Origin: Heptranchias perlo
Taxonomy: Eukaryota
Assembly: GCF_035084215.1 (NCBI RefSeq)
Contig: NC_090363.1
Span: 3,844,001-3,908,000, forward strand
DNA: 64,000 nucleotides
Reading direction: 5' to 3'
The notes beneath the pieces were generated by a model. The model saw only the letters and a list, made by a program, of their open reading frames with translations, ran no database searches and was not told the origin of the DNA. Shown here piece by piece: positions 37,570 to 49,700 of the stretch (its first letter is position 1; each line of letters starts with the position of its first letter). The position numbers were made by a program, and so were the translations under genes.

Positions 37570-38100
37570 GTTACATAGAATGTACAGCACAGAAACAGGC
37601 CATTCGGCCCAACAGGACCATGCTGGTGTTTATGCTTCACACGAGCCTCCTCCCTCCCTACTTCATCTCACCCTATCAGCATATCCTTCTATTCCTTTCT
37701 CCCTCGTGTGTTTATCTAGCTTCCCCTTAAGTGTATCTATGCTATTCACCTCAACTACTCCTTGTGGTAGTGAGTTCCACATTCTCACCACTCTCTGGGT
37801 GAAGAAGTTTCTCCTGAATTCTCTATTGGATTTATTGGTGACTATCTTATATTTATGGCCCCGAGTTCTGGTCTCCCCCACAAGTGGAAACATCTCTACA
37901 TCTACCCTATCGAACCCTTTCATTATCTTAAAGACCTCTATCAGGTCACCCCTCAGTCTTCTCTTTTCCAGAGAAAAGAGCCCCAGCCTGTTCAATCTTT
38001 CCTGCTAGGTATAACCTCTGAGATCTGGTATCATCCTCGTAAATCTTTTTTGCACCTTCTCCAGTGCCTCTATATCCTTTTTATAATATGGAGACCAGAA
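37570..38100 (-). mobile_element. CR1/HER1-type 3' fragment
   Basis: [30 protein letters not shown]; a second fragment lies at 38435-38650. Confidence 0.88.
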
Positions 38101-39174
38101 ACGTTCAGTTGCAAAGAATTGTTATTAATTAGAATATTGTCTTTATTTCTGCATTTTTTATATTCCTGCTGAACCAGAGGGCTGATTGGAGTGTTTATAA
38201 AGCCTTGCAACGGTTCGCTGTCAGCGGAAATACTTCACTGTCGTTAACGAAGCAACAATTCATTTAATTTCCATAATCTAGTTAAACTCACTAGCAATTC
38301 CAAGTCAATTTTTTCAGAACAAATATCTGCCTCACCTCCGATATTCAATTCTGTTGAAGGCAATTGAACTGAATATCGTGCGTGTTGTGTAACGGTTGGC
38401 AAATATGATTCTGCCTGTTTTGTGTCCCAGCCCATGTCATCTCACCCTATCAGCATATCCTTCCATTCCTTTCATGTGTTTATCGAGCTTCCCCTTAAGT
38501 CTATCTGTGCTATTCGCCTCAACTACTCCTTGTGGTAGTGAGTTCCACATTCTCACCACTCTCTGGGCAAAGAAGTTTCTCCTGAATTCCCTATTGGATT
38601 TATTAGTGACTATCTTATATCGATGACCCCCAGTTCTGGTCTCCCCCACAATCTGCATTCCAAGTTGCTGTGACTCTGTAAGATGCTGGGTGCAACGGCT
38701 CACTTCACTGGCTATCAGTAGCAGTGTTAAATTTACACCATTGGCCCAGAATTTGCCGTGGCAGGGAAACAAACGGTGCCCACGGTTAGTTAGATTTGCT
38801 CTTGCCCGTTTAATCTGGATGATATTTTGTATTCCAAGTGCGAGATGGAAATGGTGCAGCTCTCTCTACAGGGCATCTGGGGTCTGTCTGAACAGGGCAA
38901 GCAACTGGGTATCTCCTTAACCAGTCAGATTGAAGGATTGTGAAATGAACAGTGCAAGGACCGATATACCTGGTGTGCCCCCTTATGGAGGACAAGTCTG
39001 TTGGAGTACAGAGATTGGTTTATTCTTGCTATCCAGATGTTGCCCAGTCAAAATAAGTGACCTCGAATTGAACCAACTTTAGGGAGGTCACAGCATTAAA
39101 ATAAATTCTATTTCAGATATAAAGAAACTCCAACATGAGACAAATATTAAGTGGCTGAGGAGGACCCACACACT

Positions 39175-39895
39175 TTATAGGAACATAGGAACAGGAGTAG
39201 GCCATTCAGCCCCTCGTGCCTGCTCTGCCATTTGATAAGATCATGGCTGATCTGTGATCTAACTCCATATACCCGCCTTTGGCCCATATCCCTTAATACC
39301 TTTGGTTGCCAAAAAGCTATCTATCTCAGATTTAAATTTAGCAATTGAGCTAGTATCAATTGCCGTTTGCGGAAGAGAGTTCCAAACTTCTACCACCCTT
39401 TGTGTGTAGAAATGTTTTCTAATCTCGCTCCTGAAAGGTCTGGCTCTAATTTTTAGACTGTGTCCCCTATTCCTAAAATCCCCAACCAGTGGAAATAGTT
39501 TCTCTCTATCCACCCTATCTGTTCCCTTTAATATTTTATAAACTTCGATCAGATCACCCCTTAACCTTCGAAACTCCAGAGAATACAACCCCAATTTGTG
39601 TAATCTCTCCTCGTAACTTAACCCTTGAAGTCCGGGTATCATTCCAGTAAACCTACGCTGCACTCCCTCCAAGGCCAATATGTCCTTCTGAAGGTGCGGT
39701 GCCCAGAACTGCTCACAGTACTCCAGGTGTGGTCTAACCAGGGTTTTGTATAGCTGCAGCATAACTTCTGCCCCCTTGTACTCTAGTCCTCTAGATATAA
39801 AGGCCAGCATTCCATTAGCCTTATTGATTATTTTCTGCACCTGTTCGTGACACTTCAATGATCTATGTACCTGAACCCCTAAGTCCCTTTGGACA
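39175..39895 (-). mobile_element. CR1/HER1-type 3' fragment (young subfamily)
   Basis: 199-aa open ORF2 end; near-identical tails at 5383-5510 and 54130-54440. Confidence 0.9.
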
Positions 39896-40088
39896 CATTC
39901 CTGTAATTACTACACGAGAGAAAGCCCTTCTAACTGCTAACTGGGGAAATAGAACACACATTTAATTGTGTTAGGGATTAAGGTTTGTGTAAAAAGTGCG
40001 CGATTAATGACAAGAATTTGTTTTCATGGGACGAAGTATCTGCTTTTTACGCTGTTTGATCAAAATCGAAGAAATCCGGGGGTTTTTC

Positions 40089-40111
40089 GTGTGTGTGTGT
40101 GTGTGTGTGTG
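40089..40111. repeat. (GT)n microsatellite
   Basis: About 11 GT units. Confidence 0.9.
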
Positions 40112-40435
40112 TTGACATCCCCGCCCCCAAATCTTTGTATTAACCTCCACATAGCCTGCACTGCATCCTTTCAAATATACTGACAGCTCACGAACACACG
40201 GACATTGAATGAAGCCGCATTACCCTTTGAAAAGTTATAGCGGTATTTCTATTGGCGCAGGTACTCTCACATCTAGCCATCAATTAAAGAACAAAACAGT
40301 CCAATATTCACGCTTATACAAGTACTCTTTATTATCTGGAATTATCCTTAAGTGTTCTTATCTGTTCTCCCTCCTTTTGGCAGATGTGAACAATTTTACA
40401 ACACCAAGTTATAGTCCAACAAATTTATTTTAAAT

Positions 40436-40474
40436 TCCACAAGCTTTCGGAGGCTTCCTCCTTCCTCAGGTGAA
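40436..40474 (-). ncRNA. Minimal type I hammerhead ribozyme motif
   Basis: Minus-strand copy of the 40486 motif. Confidence 0.78.
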
Positions 40475-40485
40475 CCTTCACACCG

Positions 40486-40524
40486 TTCACCTGAGGAAGG
40501 AGGAAGCCTCCGAAAGCTTGTGGA
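40486..40524 (+). ncRNA. Minimal type I hammerhead ribozyme motif
   Basis: UUCAC-CUGAGGA-A-GGAGG-aag-CCUCC-GAAA-GC-UU-GUGGA. Confidence 0.8.
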
Positions 40525-41402
40525 ATTTAAAATAAATTTGTTGGACTATAACTTGGTGTTGTGAAATTGTTTACAATTGTCAACCCCAGTCCATCACCGG
40601 CATCTCCACATCATGCCTTTTGACAGATGACAGTCCTCTTGTACCCACTAATGTCTTTTCAGGTTTCACTTGTCCCAGGGCTGTTCCATTGACTTTTTCA
40701 TTGTTTACTGAATGAACCAGTGTGAGTAAATGCCATCTATTTCCCGCTGGTTTAATCAGCACCTTTTAATTACCCAGCCGAGGGTCTAATGGAGATGACA
40801 TTAAACGAAATCGTTTTGACATTAAAAGTAATTATCTGAGGACGAATCTTACACGCATGAAAATTACCTCGAAGATATCCAATTTTGAAGTTCGCTTTCA
40901 CAAACTTCACTCGAGTAGATTTAGAGAATATTTAAGTTTTCTCCCCAGATATCATGAAGCAGCGGTGTTGATTACAATGTTTTATACGTTTTGAATTGAA
41001 GCATGAGGTATTTCTAAAAAAAATACCCTGATGATTTCTAATATTCTGAATGTTAAAGTCCTGAAACAAAACACACATTTCACATTTCAGGATTCTGAGT
41101 CTTATAACGATTCGAGTTTCATGCCAGTAAATGTGGCACTATTTTAAGAAAAAAAAATAAACTTTTTGCTTTGATATTTTTAAAAGCGCAATATATTTTT
41201 GAATTACACGTCGATAAAATTAGTAAACAAACGAATTCTTTGTCTCACTCAGCGTAGATTTATTAATGAATTCAGATGATATAACGTGAAAATAATCGAG
41301 CTATATAAGCAGCTGATAGAAATGTACCCCTTTTAGATGTACATATACATATTCAACAAAACGCGTGCACACACAAATTATGCGAATACGTAAGTATACA
41401 TC

Positions 41403-42715
41403 GAATCATAGAAATTGACGGCACAGGAGGAGGCCATTCGGCCCATCGTGTCTGTGCCAGCCGAAAAAGAGCTTTCCAGCTTAATCCCACTTTCCATCTC
41501 TTGGTCTATAGCCCTGTAGGTCACCACACTTCAAATGCACATCCAGGTACTTTTTAAATGCGATGAGGGTTTCTGCCTCTCCCACCCTTTCAGGCAGTGA
41601 GTTCCAGACCCCCACCACCCTCTGGGTGAAATTTATTTCCTTAGCTCCCCTGTAATCCTTCTACCAATTACTTTAAATCTATGCCCCCTGGTCACTGACC
41701 CCTCTGCTAAGGGAAATAGGTCCTTCCTATCCACTCTGTCTAGGCCCCTCATAATTTTGTACACCTCAATTAAATCACTCCTCAGCCTCCTTTGTTCCAA
41801 ATAAAACAACCCCAGCCTATCCAACTCTCCTCATAGCTAAAATTCTCCAGTCCTGGCAACATCCTCATAAATCTCCTCTGTACCCTCTCTAGTGCAATCA
41901 CATCTTTCCTGTAATGTGGTGACCAGAACTGTATGCAGTACACTAGCTGTGGCCTAACTAGTGTTTTATACAGTTCTAGGATAACCTCCCTGCTCTTATA
42001 TTCTATACCTCAGCTAATAAAGGAAAGTATCTCATATGCCTTCTGCTACCTGTCCTGCTACCTTCAGGGATCTGTGGACATGCACTCCAAGGTCCCTCAC
42101 TTCCTCTACACCTCTCAGTATCCTCCCATTTATTGTGTAACCCCTTGCCTTGTTTGCCCTCCCCAAATGCATTACCTCACACTTCTCCGGATTGAATTCC
42201 ATTTGCCACTTTTCTGCCCACCTGACCAGTCCATTGATATCTTCCTGCAGTCTACAGCTTTCCTCCTCACTATCAACCACACGGCCAATTTTTGTATCAT
42301 CTGCAAACTTCTTAATCATGCCCCCTACATTTAAGTCTAAATCCTTGATACATACCACAAAAAGCAAGGGACCCAGTACTGAGCCCCGCTGAATCCCCCT
42401 GGAAACAGCCTTCCAGTCACAAAAACACCCGTCGACCATTAGCCTTTGCTTCCTGCCACTGAGCCAATTTTAGTTCCAACTTGCCACTTTCCCTTGGATC
42501 CCATGGACTTTTACTTCTCTGACCAGTCTGCCATGTGGGACCTTATCAAAAGCCTTGCTAAAGTCCATGTACACTACATCAAATGCACTACCCTCATCGA
42601 CCTTCCTTGTCACCTCCTCAAAAAACTCAATCAAGTTAGTCAGACACGACCTTCCCTTAACAAATCCATGCTGACTGTCCTTGATTAATCCGTGCCTTTC
42701 TAAATGACGATTTAT
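41403..42715 (-). mobile_element. CR1/HER1-type LINE, decayed RT plus 3' end
   Basis: QHGFVKGRSCLTNL, YMDFSKAFDKVPH, KFADDTK, WQMEFNPEKC. Confidence 0.9.
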
Positions 42716-44247
42716 ACATTGCATTACTAACTGCCAAACTTCATATTGTTAAATGGGCTAGACTTTAAAAGGCGGTAAATTGAAAAAGCGGTTTCTTATT
42801 TACCTTGTGCACAGCTGAAACATTAAAGTCCAACAACCAGCGAAGACCTGAAACAACACTTGCGAAACCAGCTGCCCTGTTTGCATTCTTGTCCATAACA
42901 ATTTACATGGGAGAATCCATGTAAAATGAGATATTTCTCCCAAGTTTTTTTAAAATTCAAGGATACGTTAAGAGGATTTGATTGTAATTTCTTTGAACCC
43001 ATCGAGGGGAAAATATGTAGTTGTTATATTCCAGTATTGGTGTACAACTGAAATTTTAACCCATCCTTGCCCTGATGTTGGCAGACTCACCGTGCGCTCC
43101 CATACATTCAATGTGAGGGGAAAAGCTCTGGGGTGAATTGGCAGATTTATCACCAGAGCGAAGCAAAACAAACAGCTCCGTTACCTGAAGCCTCCCTGGG
43201 ATGTTTATTTGTTCTCCACCCACTTTAGATTTGCCCCATTGCACGTGGCCCAGTCAGTGTATGCGTGAAAGAGGGAATAGTACAGTACCGACAGACAGCA
43301 ACTGTGCATAACATCCAACACAGCGCCCGGAAGTTACCAAACACCCTATAAGTACATTATTTTTTCTTTCTGTTATCATTCTATAACCACAGTTATAAAA
43401 AACCCGGTCTCTGTGTATAGAGATATAGGGGGGTGATTTTAACCCCGATGAACAGGTGGGTTGGGGCGGGTGGGAGTTGAAAATAGTTGTTTTTTGGGGT
43501 TTAAAATCACCCCCTTAATAGTGATGGTGACTGTTTCCTTTGTTCATTATTTCTGGCAAAATCATAAACACCGTTCTAGATGACACTAATGCAGTTTGGC
43601 TCGGACAACCAGACTCTACATTCATGTATTTATGAGGCTACACAGTGACCAGAGAATTGTTACCCCCATTAAATGATTTTACTATGGGTATTATTCAATT
43701 GTTTAGATTGAAATGGTATTTCAAATTTATAAATATTAAATCACACCACTTGCAACCGCCTGGTTTATCCCCAGGACCAATTTTGCCCTAACATCTCACC
43801 CAGAAGACAGTGCAGCACTCACTCAGTATCACAATGGAAGTGTCAGCCTGGATTTTATGCTCGAGCCTGTTGGAAGTGGGACTCGAACCCACAACCTTCA
43901 TGCTCTACTCACTGATCAAGGCCGACACTTAAGCCAGCACACGTTAATTAATGGAACTTTAACATCATCAAATTAAAAAGCGAGGCCACCATCTCCCAGC
44001 ACTGAAGTGGAATCTACACTGGGCAGGAAAGATGTGAGATCAGTGTGTGGAGGAGAATTGAATGGGGTTAGTGAGATTGTAATGGTATTTTTAAAATAAT
44101 ATTGTTTGACTTGAGAAGAAATATTTAATAGCGAAATAAAAGATCACTTGAAAGGGAATATCAATGATTTATTTTACTTAGGCGCAGCCGCGCATCTGGG
44201 TAAGTGGTGAATATCTCTCAATTTACCCTCTCTGCTATAGTATTAAC

Positions 44248-44650
44248 TGTGGCTCAGTTGGTAACAGCTGGCTTCTGAATCCATAGGTTATGGGTACAAC
44301 ATTCCACTCCAGAGAACTGAGTACAAAACTGAGGCTAATACTCCAGTGTTCTACTGAGGGAGTGATGTGCTGTCTTTGAATGAGATGTTAAATGGAGGCC
44401 TGGTCTGCCCTCTCAGGTGGACATAAAGGATCCCATGGCAATATTTAACGAGCTGGGGTGTTTTCCTCAGTGGCCTGGCCAATATTTATCCCTCAAATAA
44501 AACAGATTTTATTTTCACCTCGCTGTTTGTGGTTCATTGCAATGAGCAAATTGGCAGCTACATTTTCTACATTTCTCAAAAGCGCTTCATTGGCTGTAAA
44601 GCACTTTGGGACATCCCGGCACTGATTGTAAAAATACAAATCTTTCCTTC
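44248..44650 (+). mobile_element. Deu-domain SINE
   Basis: tRNA A-box-like gtggctcagttggta head, Deu body and tail. Confidence 0.75.
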
Positions 44651-45379
44651 CTCTGCAAGTGGCCAATTTTTTATCCATTAATGAATGAATTTCGTCACTC
44701 TGCTTACAGTTTCATCCTTGATTATATTTTGGGCTATTGGCCTTGATCCTTCCCCTAACTTAATAAAACTATTAATAATTATTAACAATAATAGAATTAA
44801 TAATAATTATTATTAATAATAAACGATGCCTCTGATTCGTCAAAGAGGCATAAAAACGAATTCAGTCGTGCCCTCATATCGAATGAGCAGTCACATTCAG
44901 ACGTTACTCTCCGTCGATTAGTTGAATTGCAATAAGCATGTACAAAGGCACTTATTTAAACAGATGCACAACAGAGCCGTGACTTGTGAAGGGATCTCTG
45001 GACAGTAATCGATATATCGAGGTCAGCGATACATTCAATTGTATTTCACAATGAACTCGAGTAGACGCTCTGTAAATAAAGCCGCTTGCTCAGGGATTCT
45101 TAGCACTGTGAAAACAGAAGGAACTCTCTGTGTACCACACGTGCCATCTGTACCCCATCGGCAGCGTGTGCACTATCTGTTCAAGTTCAGAAGTCGACAA
45201 ACTTCTCTAATCTTTTGTTTGACGTTCAACGTCCAACTATGAATTGCACCGACTTGTTTGTGTCAGTAAATTGATTTAAAAAATGAGAACTTGCTCAAAA
45301 CTAAATTATTTAAAAAAAAATACTTTAGTTGTGAAAAATACAGGAATTGTGCACATTAGTACACCAGCTCATTTTGTTA

Positions 45380-45710
45380 CTGGAACAGGAGGAGGCCCAT
45401 TCAGCCCATCAGCCTGTTCCGCCATACTATTAGATCATGGTTGATCTGTACCTCAACTCCATGTACCTGCCTTTGCTCCATATCCCTCGATACCCTCATC
45501 CAACAAAAATCTATCAATCTCAGTCTTGAAAGTTTCAATTGACCCCCAGCCTCAACAGCCTTTTGGGGGAGAGAGTTCCAGATTTCCACTCCCTTTATGT
45601 GAAGAAATGCTTCCTGGTTTCCCTCCTGAATGGCCAGGCTCTAATTTTAAGGTTATGCCCCCTTGTTCTGGATTCCCCCCACCAGAGGAAATCATTCCTC
45701 TTTTCTACCC
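45380..45710 (-). mobile_element. CR1/HER1-type 3' fragment
   Basis: EIWNSLPQKAVEA; tail ggcccattcagccc. Confidence 0.8.
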
Positions 45711-45744
45711 TAGTGAAGAAATCCACATAATGTCACATCCAGAA

Positions 45745-46235
45745 CAACAACTTGCATTTATATAGCGCCTTTAATGTAGTAAAACGTCCCAAGACACTTC
45801 ACAGGAGCGATTATTAAACAAAATTTAACACCGAGCCACATAATGAGATATTAGGACAGGCGACCAAAAGCTTGGTCAAAGTGGTAGGTTTTAAGGAATG
45901 TCTTAAAGGAGGAGAGAGAGGCGGAGAGGTTTAGGGAGGGAATTCCAGAGCTTAGGGCCCAGGCAGCTGAAGGCATGGCCGCCAATGGTGGGGCGATTAA
46001 AATCGGGGATGTGCAAGAGGCCAGAATTGGAGGAGCGCAGAGATCTCAGAGGGTTGTAGGGGCTGGAGGAGGTTACAGAGATGGGGAGAGGGGGCGAAAC
46101 CACGGAGGGATTTGAAAACAAGGATGAGAATTTTAAAATCCAGGCGTTCCCGGACCGGGAGCCGATGTAGGTCAGCGAGCACAGGGGGGGGTGATGGGTG
46201 AACGGGACTTGGTGCGAGTTGGGATACGGGCAGTA
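45745..46235 (-). mobile_element. L2 LINE 3' fragment
   Basis: PVLADLHRLPVRERLDFKILILVFKSL and AFSCLGPKLWNSLP; (gtt)n tail. Confidence 0.85.
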
Positions 46236-46581
46236 GTAGATAGCGCAGGTTCATCGCATGCCAACCCAGACTGCTCGGGGTGACTGGTGGCCATCACTTT
46301 TCTTTGGATGAAGCCGTTGTGTGTGGAATATTGTGGCAATAGATACAGGTTTATATTTCTGTACAACCTTAAAATGCAAACACAGCAACAGTCCAAATAT
46401 GTTCAAAATCACAATTATTTTGGGACAAATGAATATAGCTGAATGAATGGGCTACTTTAAATGTGCTACTCAAGGTAACATCGGGCTGTTCATATCATAC
46501 TTTATAAGTGAACAATTAATTCGCACAGGAGACTGTTGTAATGAGACGATCGCATTGGTGGAGCGTGTCCACGACAGTAGG

Positions 46582-46594
46582 GTTAATAATCAAT
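46582..46594 (+). promoter_or_regulatory. HNF1-like site upstream of the Ig-like gene
   Basis: gttaataatcaat has 2 mismatches to GTTAATNATTAAC, ~155 bp upstream of the leader ATG. Confidence 0.35.
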
Positions 46595-46748
46595 AATCTG
46601 TCTTGCTTCTGGTCAATGTGCTGAGCCAGTCAGAAGCGGCCGAGTGTGTCTCTCTCTAAGCTCAAAAGTGCTTAAGTTCTAAATCTAAGTTCTATCAGTT
46701 TGACTCCAGAAACCAACGTCTCCTCGATTCAGCTGTAAAGTTAAGAAA

Positions 46749-46785
46749 ATGTTGCAACTTTTGATATTGCTCACTGTTCGCACAG
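46749..46785 (+). CDS. Ig-like gene leader exon (MLQLLILLTVRT)
   Basis: aaaATG, hydrophobic core, cag|gtatgc phase-1 donor that matches the V acceptor. Confidence 0.75.
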
Positions 46786-49700
46786 GTATGCTGGTCATTG
46801 TACGGTTATTGCACTGTATTTTCCGCCAGTCCTCCCCTCCTCGAAGTTCTGATAAGGGAATGGTTCTGTAGCCCGTCAGTAACTCTTAACTCCAAGTGAC
46901 CACGGTGGGCGTGAGGCTGGACGGCGATGGTCAGCAGGCGGGTGCAGTCCGGAGAGAGGAATGCCTTGTCTGGACAAGAGAGGTCTTGTCCTCGCCTCAG
47001 CTCCACTCCTGAACCCCGCTAGCAGGAGTCACCCCAACCCCGATCAGATATAGTGGACTCTGGGTGACTCTTCCCCCTCGTTCCCCAGAGCCTTCAGTTC
47101 AATCATGGAATCTGGACCTTCAGCTAAAGTAACTTCCAGAATGGTGCATTCACCCACTAAGCCACGTGGGGATTCGTGTTTGTATTAATTGCCGTATATT
47201 GTGCTGGTACAGCACTTATATAGAAACATATAGCACAGAAGGAGGCCATTCGGCCCATCGTGCCTGTGCAGTCTCTTTGAAAGAGCTATCCAAATAGTCC
47301 TGCTCTTTCCCCACACCCCTGCAATTTTCTCCCATTCAACTTTTTATCCAATTCCCTTTTGAAAGTTACTATTGAATCTGCTTCCACCGCCCTTTCAGGC
47401 AGTGCATTCCAGATCATCACAACTCGCTGCGTAAAAAAAATTCTCCTCATCTCCCCCTTCTGACTCTTTCTCCAATTAACTCCAATCTGTGGTTCTCTAT
47501 AAATATTTATGGGTGTGGATTTTATTGCAGGTCTTGTAGCAGCTGATGATACACTCTATATATCCCCAATATCGGTGACTCGTCGGGAAAATGAAACGGT
47601 GACTCTGGATTGTTTCACCTCCAGAAACCTGGATGACCATTACATCACCTGGGGATCAGCCAAGCCTGCCGACCGGATCATCTCCTGGATTCTGTACTGG
47701 ACCCCGGGTTCAAGGACTGCACTTTACTCGTCCATAGCAACCCATCGATTTACCGGGTTAAAGGATTGGACCAGCAAGAAATTCTCTCTAACAATAACAG
47801 ATCTTGGAAAGGAGGATTCTGCCCGATATTACTGTGGCAGCTCAAACATCTATTTTCCATACAGTACAGATTGGAGTGGATGTGGAGTTACTCTAAATGT
47901 AAAACCCGGTAGGTTCCTGTCTGTTTCTATTTATGGCTGTCTATCTGTCAGGACCTTAGCACATGATGTAGGCTGATGCGTTGGCGCAGTGCCAAGGGAG
48001 TGCTGCATTGTCGGAGGTGCCGTCAATTGGGTGAGACCTCAAACCTGCCCGCCTGCTCCAGTGGCATGAATGAAAGATGAGCAGGGAGTTCCCTCGGTGT
48101 CCTGGCCAACATTTTTGCTTCAATCAACGTCACCAAACCACATTAAATGGTTAATTATTGAATTTGCTGTTTGTAGGACCTTACATTGCACACATTAACT
48201 ACCTGTTTGCCTATGGAACAAGCACACATCAAAAAGTAATTCATTAGCTCTGTTATTGATTTGGGACGTCCTGTGGAGTTTGAAAGGTGCTATAGAAGAG
48301 AGAGTTCGTTCTTTCTTTCTTTCATTCTTTCTATCATGATTGTATGTATCTATATTTTTCTGTCTATCTATTTATGAATCCATCTGTCTATTTATCTTTG
48401 TATGTATGAATATGTATCCACCTGGAGATATTAAAAGAATTCACCTTAAATTGCATTTAATGACTTCAATAGTAATTGGATTGGTAAATATTGAGAAAAT
48501 GCACATTAGCTATATGGGGTATGTTATATTGTAACCTTCAATTACATAATTATGCCATTACACCACCTAATGGCGTTTACTCGAGATGCCAAATATGGCC
48601 CATGAAATTTTCTTTTAGGAATGTAATTAAAAATAACTTGTTCTCCTAACCTATAGCACTATTCGAAAACATTATTCGAGACACCGCCCGCTTTCCTTTC
48701 CACTTCCTTTAAACTTTAAATGAACAGCAATAATGTGTTTGATATGTTATCGTCTTTAAGTCATTGAACATAAAGGATCAATCCTAGATGGGCACAGTAA
48801 ATGGCGCCAATGCTTGGGACCGGTTTCGTTTACACGTGGCACTGGTTGCTACAGTCTTATTTCTGTTTCAGCTTCCTCGCCATCACCTCCAATGGTTTAT
48901 TTCCACAATCCACATCCTGAGGACGTTTTTCAACAGCGGAACACTGCACTGCTCTGCTTGGCGGAAAACTTCTACCCGGATAATATTTCTATTTCCTGGT
49001 ACACGGATGGTTATCGGGTCCAGTCGGGGGTCTCGCATTCTGCTTCCCTTTTGGGTGCCAACAACACCTATACTAGGATCAGTAAACTGAGCATTGCTAC
49101 ATCGCAATGGATAAAAGGTTCTGTTTACAGCTGCCAAGTGTCACATGGAACTCTACTTTCGCCAATCATCAAGCACATAAGTAATATCGGTAAGTTACAC
49201 ACCAATTTTTTAAGATAGTTTGGGGTCGAAATTTGTCTGGGGAGTATTGCGGGGGGCGTATAATGGAGAGCAAGTTTATCAGGAGGTATTTCTTTACATG
49301 AGGGCGATTGATTGCCAGATGGTTGCAGGGAAAGAGGTTGAGGCCGGCACACTGGACTCATTTAAGAAACAACTCAATTCCGTAATGGGAAGACAGTAGG
49401 GTTGATATTTCGGGAAGATGAGATCGAACGGGCTGAAGCCCCAGTCCATCCGAACTTACTGGAGGTAATTTTAACTTTTGGCGATGATGTAAAACGGGTG
49501 ATATCGGAAGGGCCGCCCGTTACACACCTCGCACAATTTGAAGTCGTTGGAAATGAAAATTGGGAGAGGTGTTTATCGGGCGGCCCATCCGAAATCGTTC
49601 ATTTTACACCATCTCCAAAAGTTAAAATTACCCCCCCGGCATGTGTGAACGAATCACTGGGGGTAAAATCGGGCGGGGTGTAAAGACCAGCATCGCACCC

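Larger units (their letters stand above)
40386..40615. mobile_element. Penelope-like fold-back element #3 (opposite orientation to #1 and #2)
   Basis: ~90-bp arms around loop 40476-40484; TSD ccttttg(g/a)cagatg at 40373 and 40616; ends ccatcaccggcatctccacat. Confidence 0.85.

Noticed and set aside
12835-40615. CRISPR-like or prokaryotic terminator interpretation of the hairpins
   Set aside because: Vertebrate intron-exon DNA; the hairpins have TSDs and Penelope hallmarks, with no repeat-spacer array.
44248-44320. tRNA-like sequence
   Set aside because: It is the decayed head of a Deu-SINE, not a cloverleaf tRNA gene.
47830-47836. TACTGTG cryptic heptamer in the V exon
   Set aside because: It is simply the Tyr-Cys codons of the YYC motif; I saw no correctly spaced nonamer.
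48792-48798. CACAGTA near-heptamer upstream of C1
   Set aside because: Intronic, not adjacent to any V/D/J coding end, and no nonamer at 12 or 23 bp.
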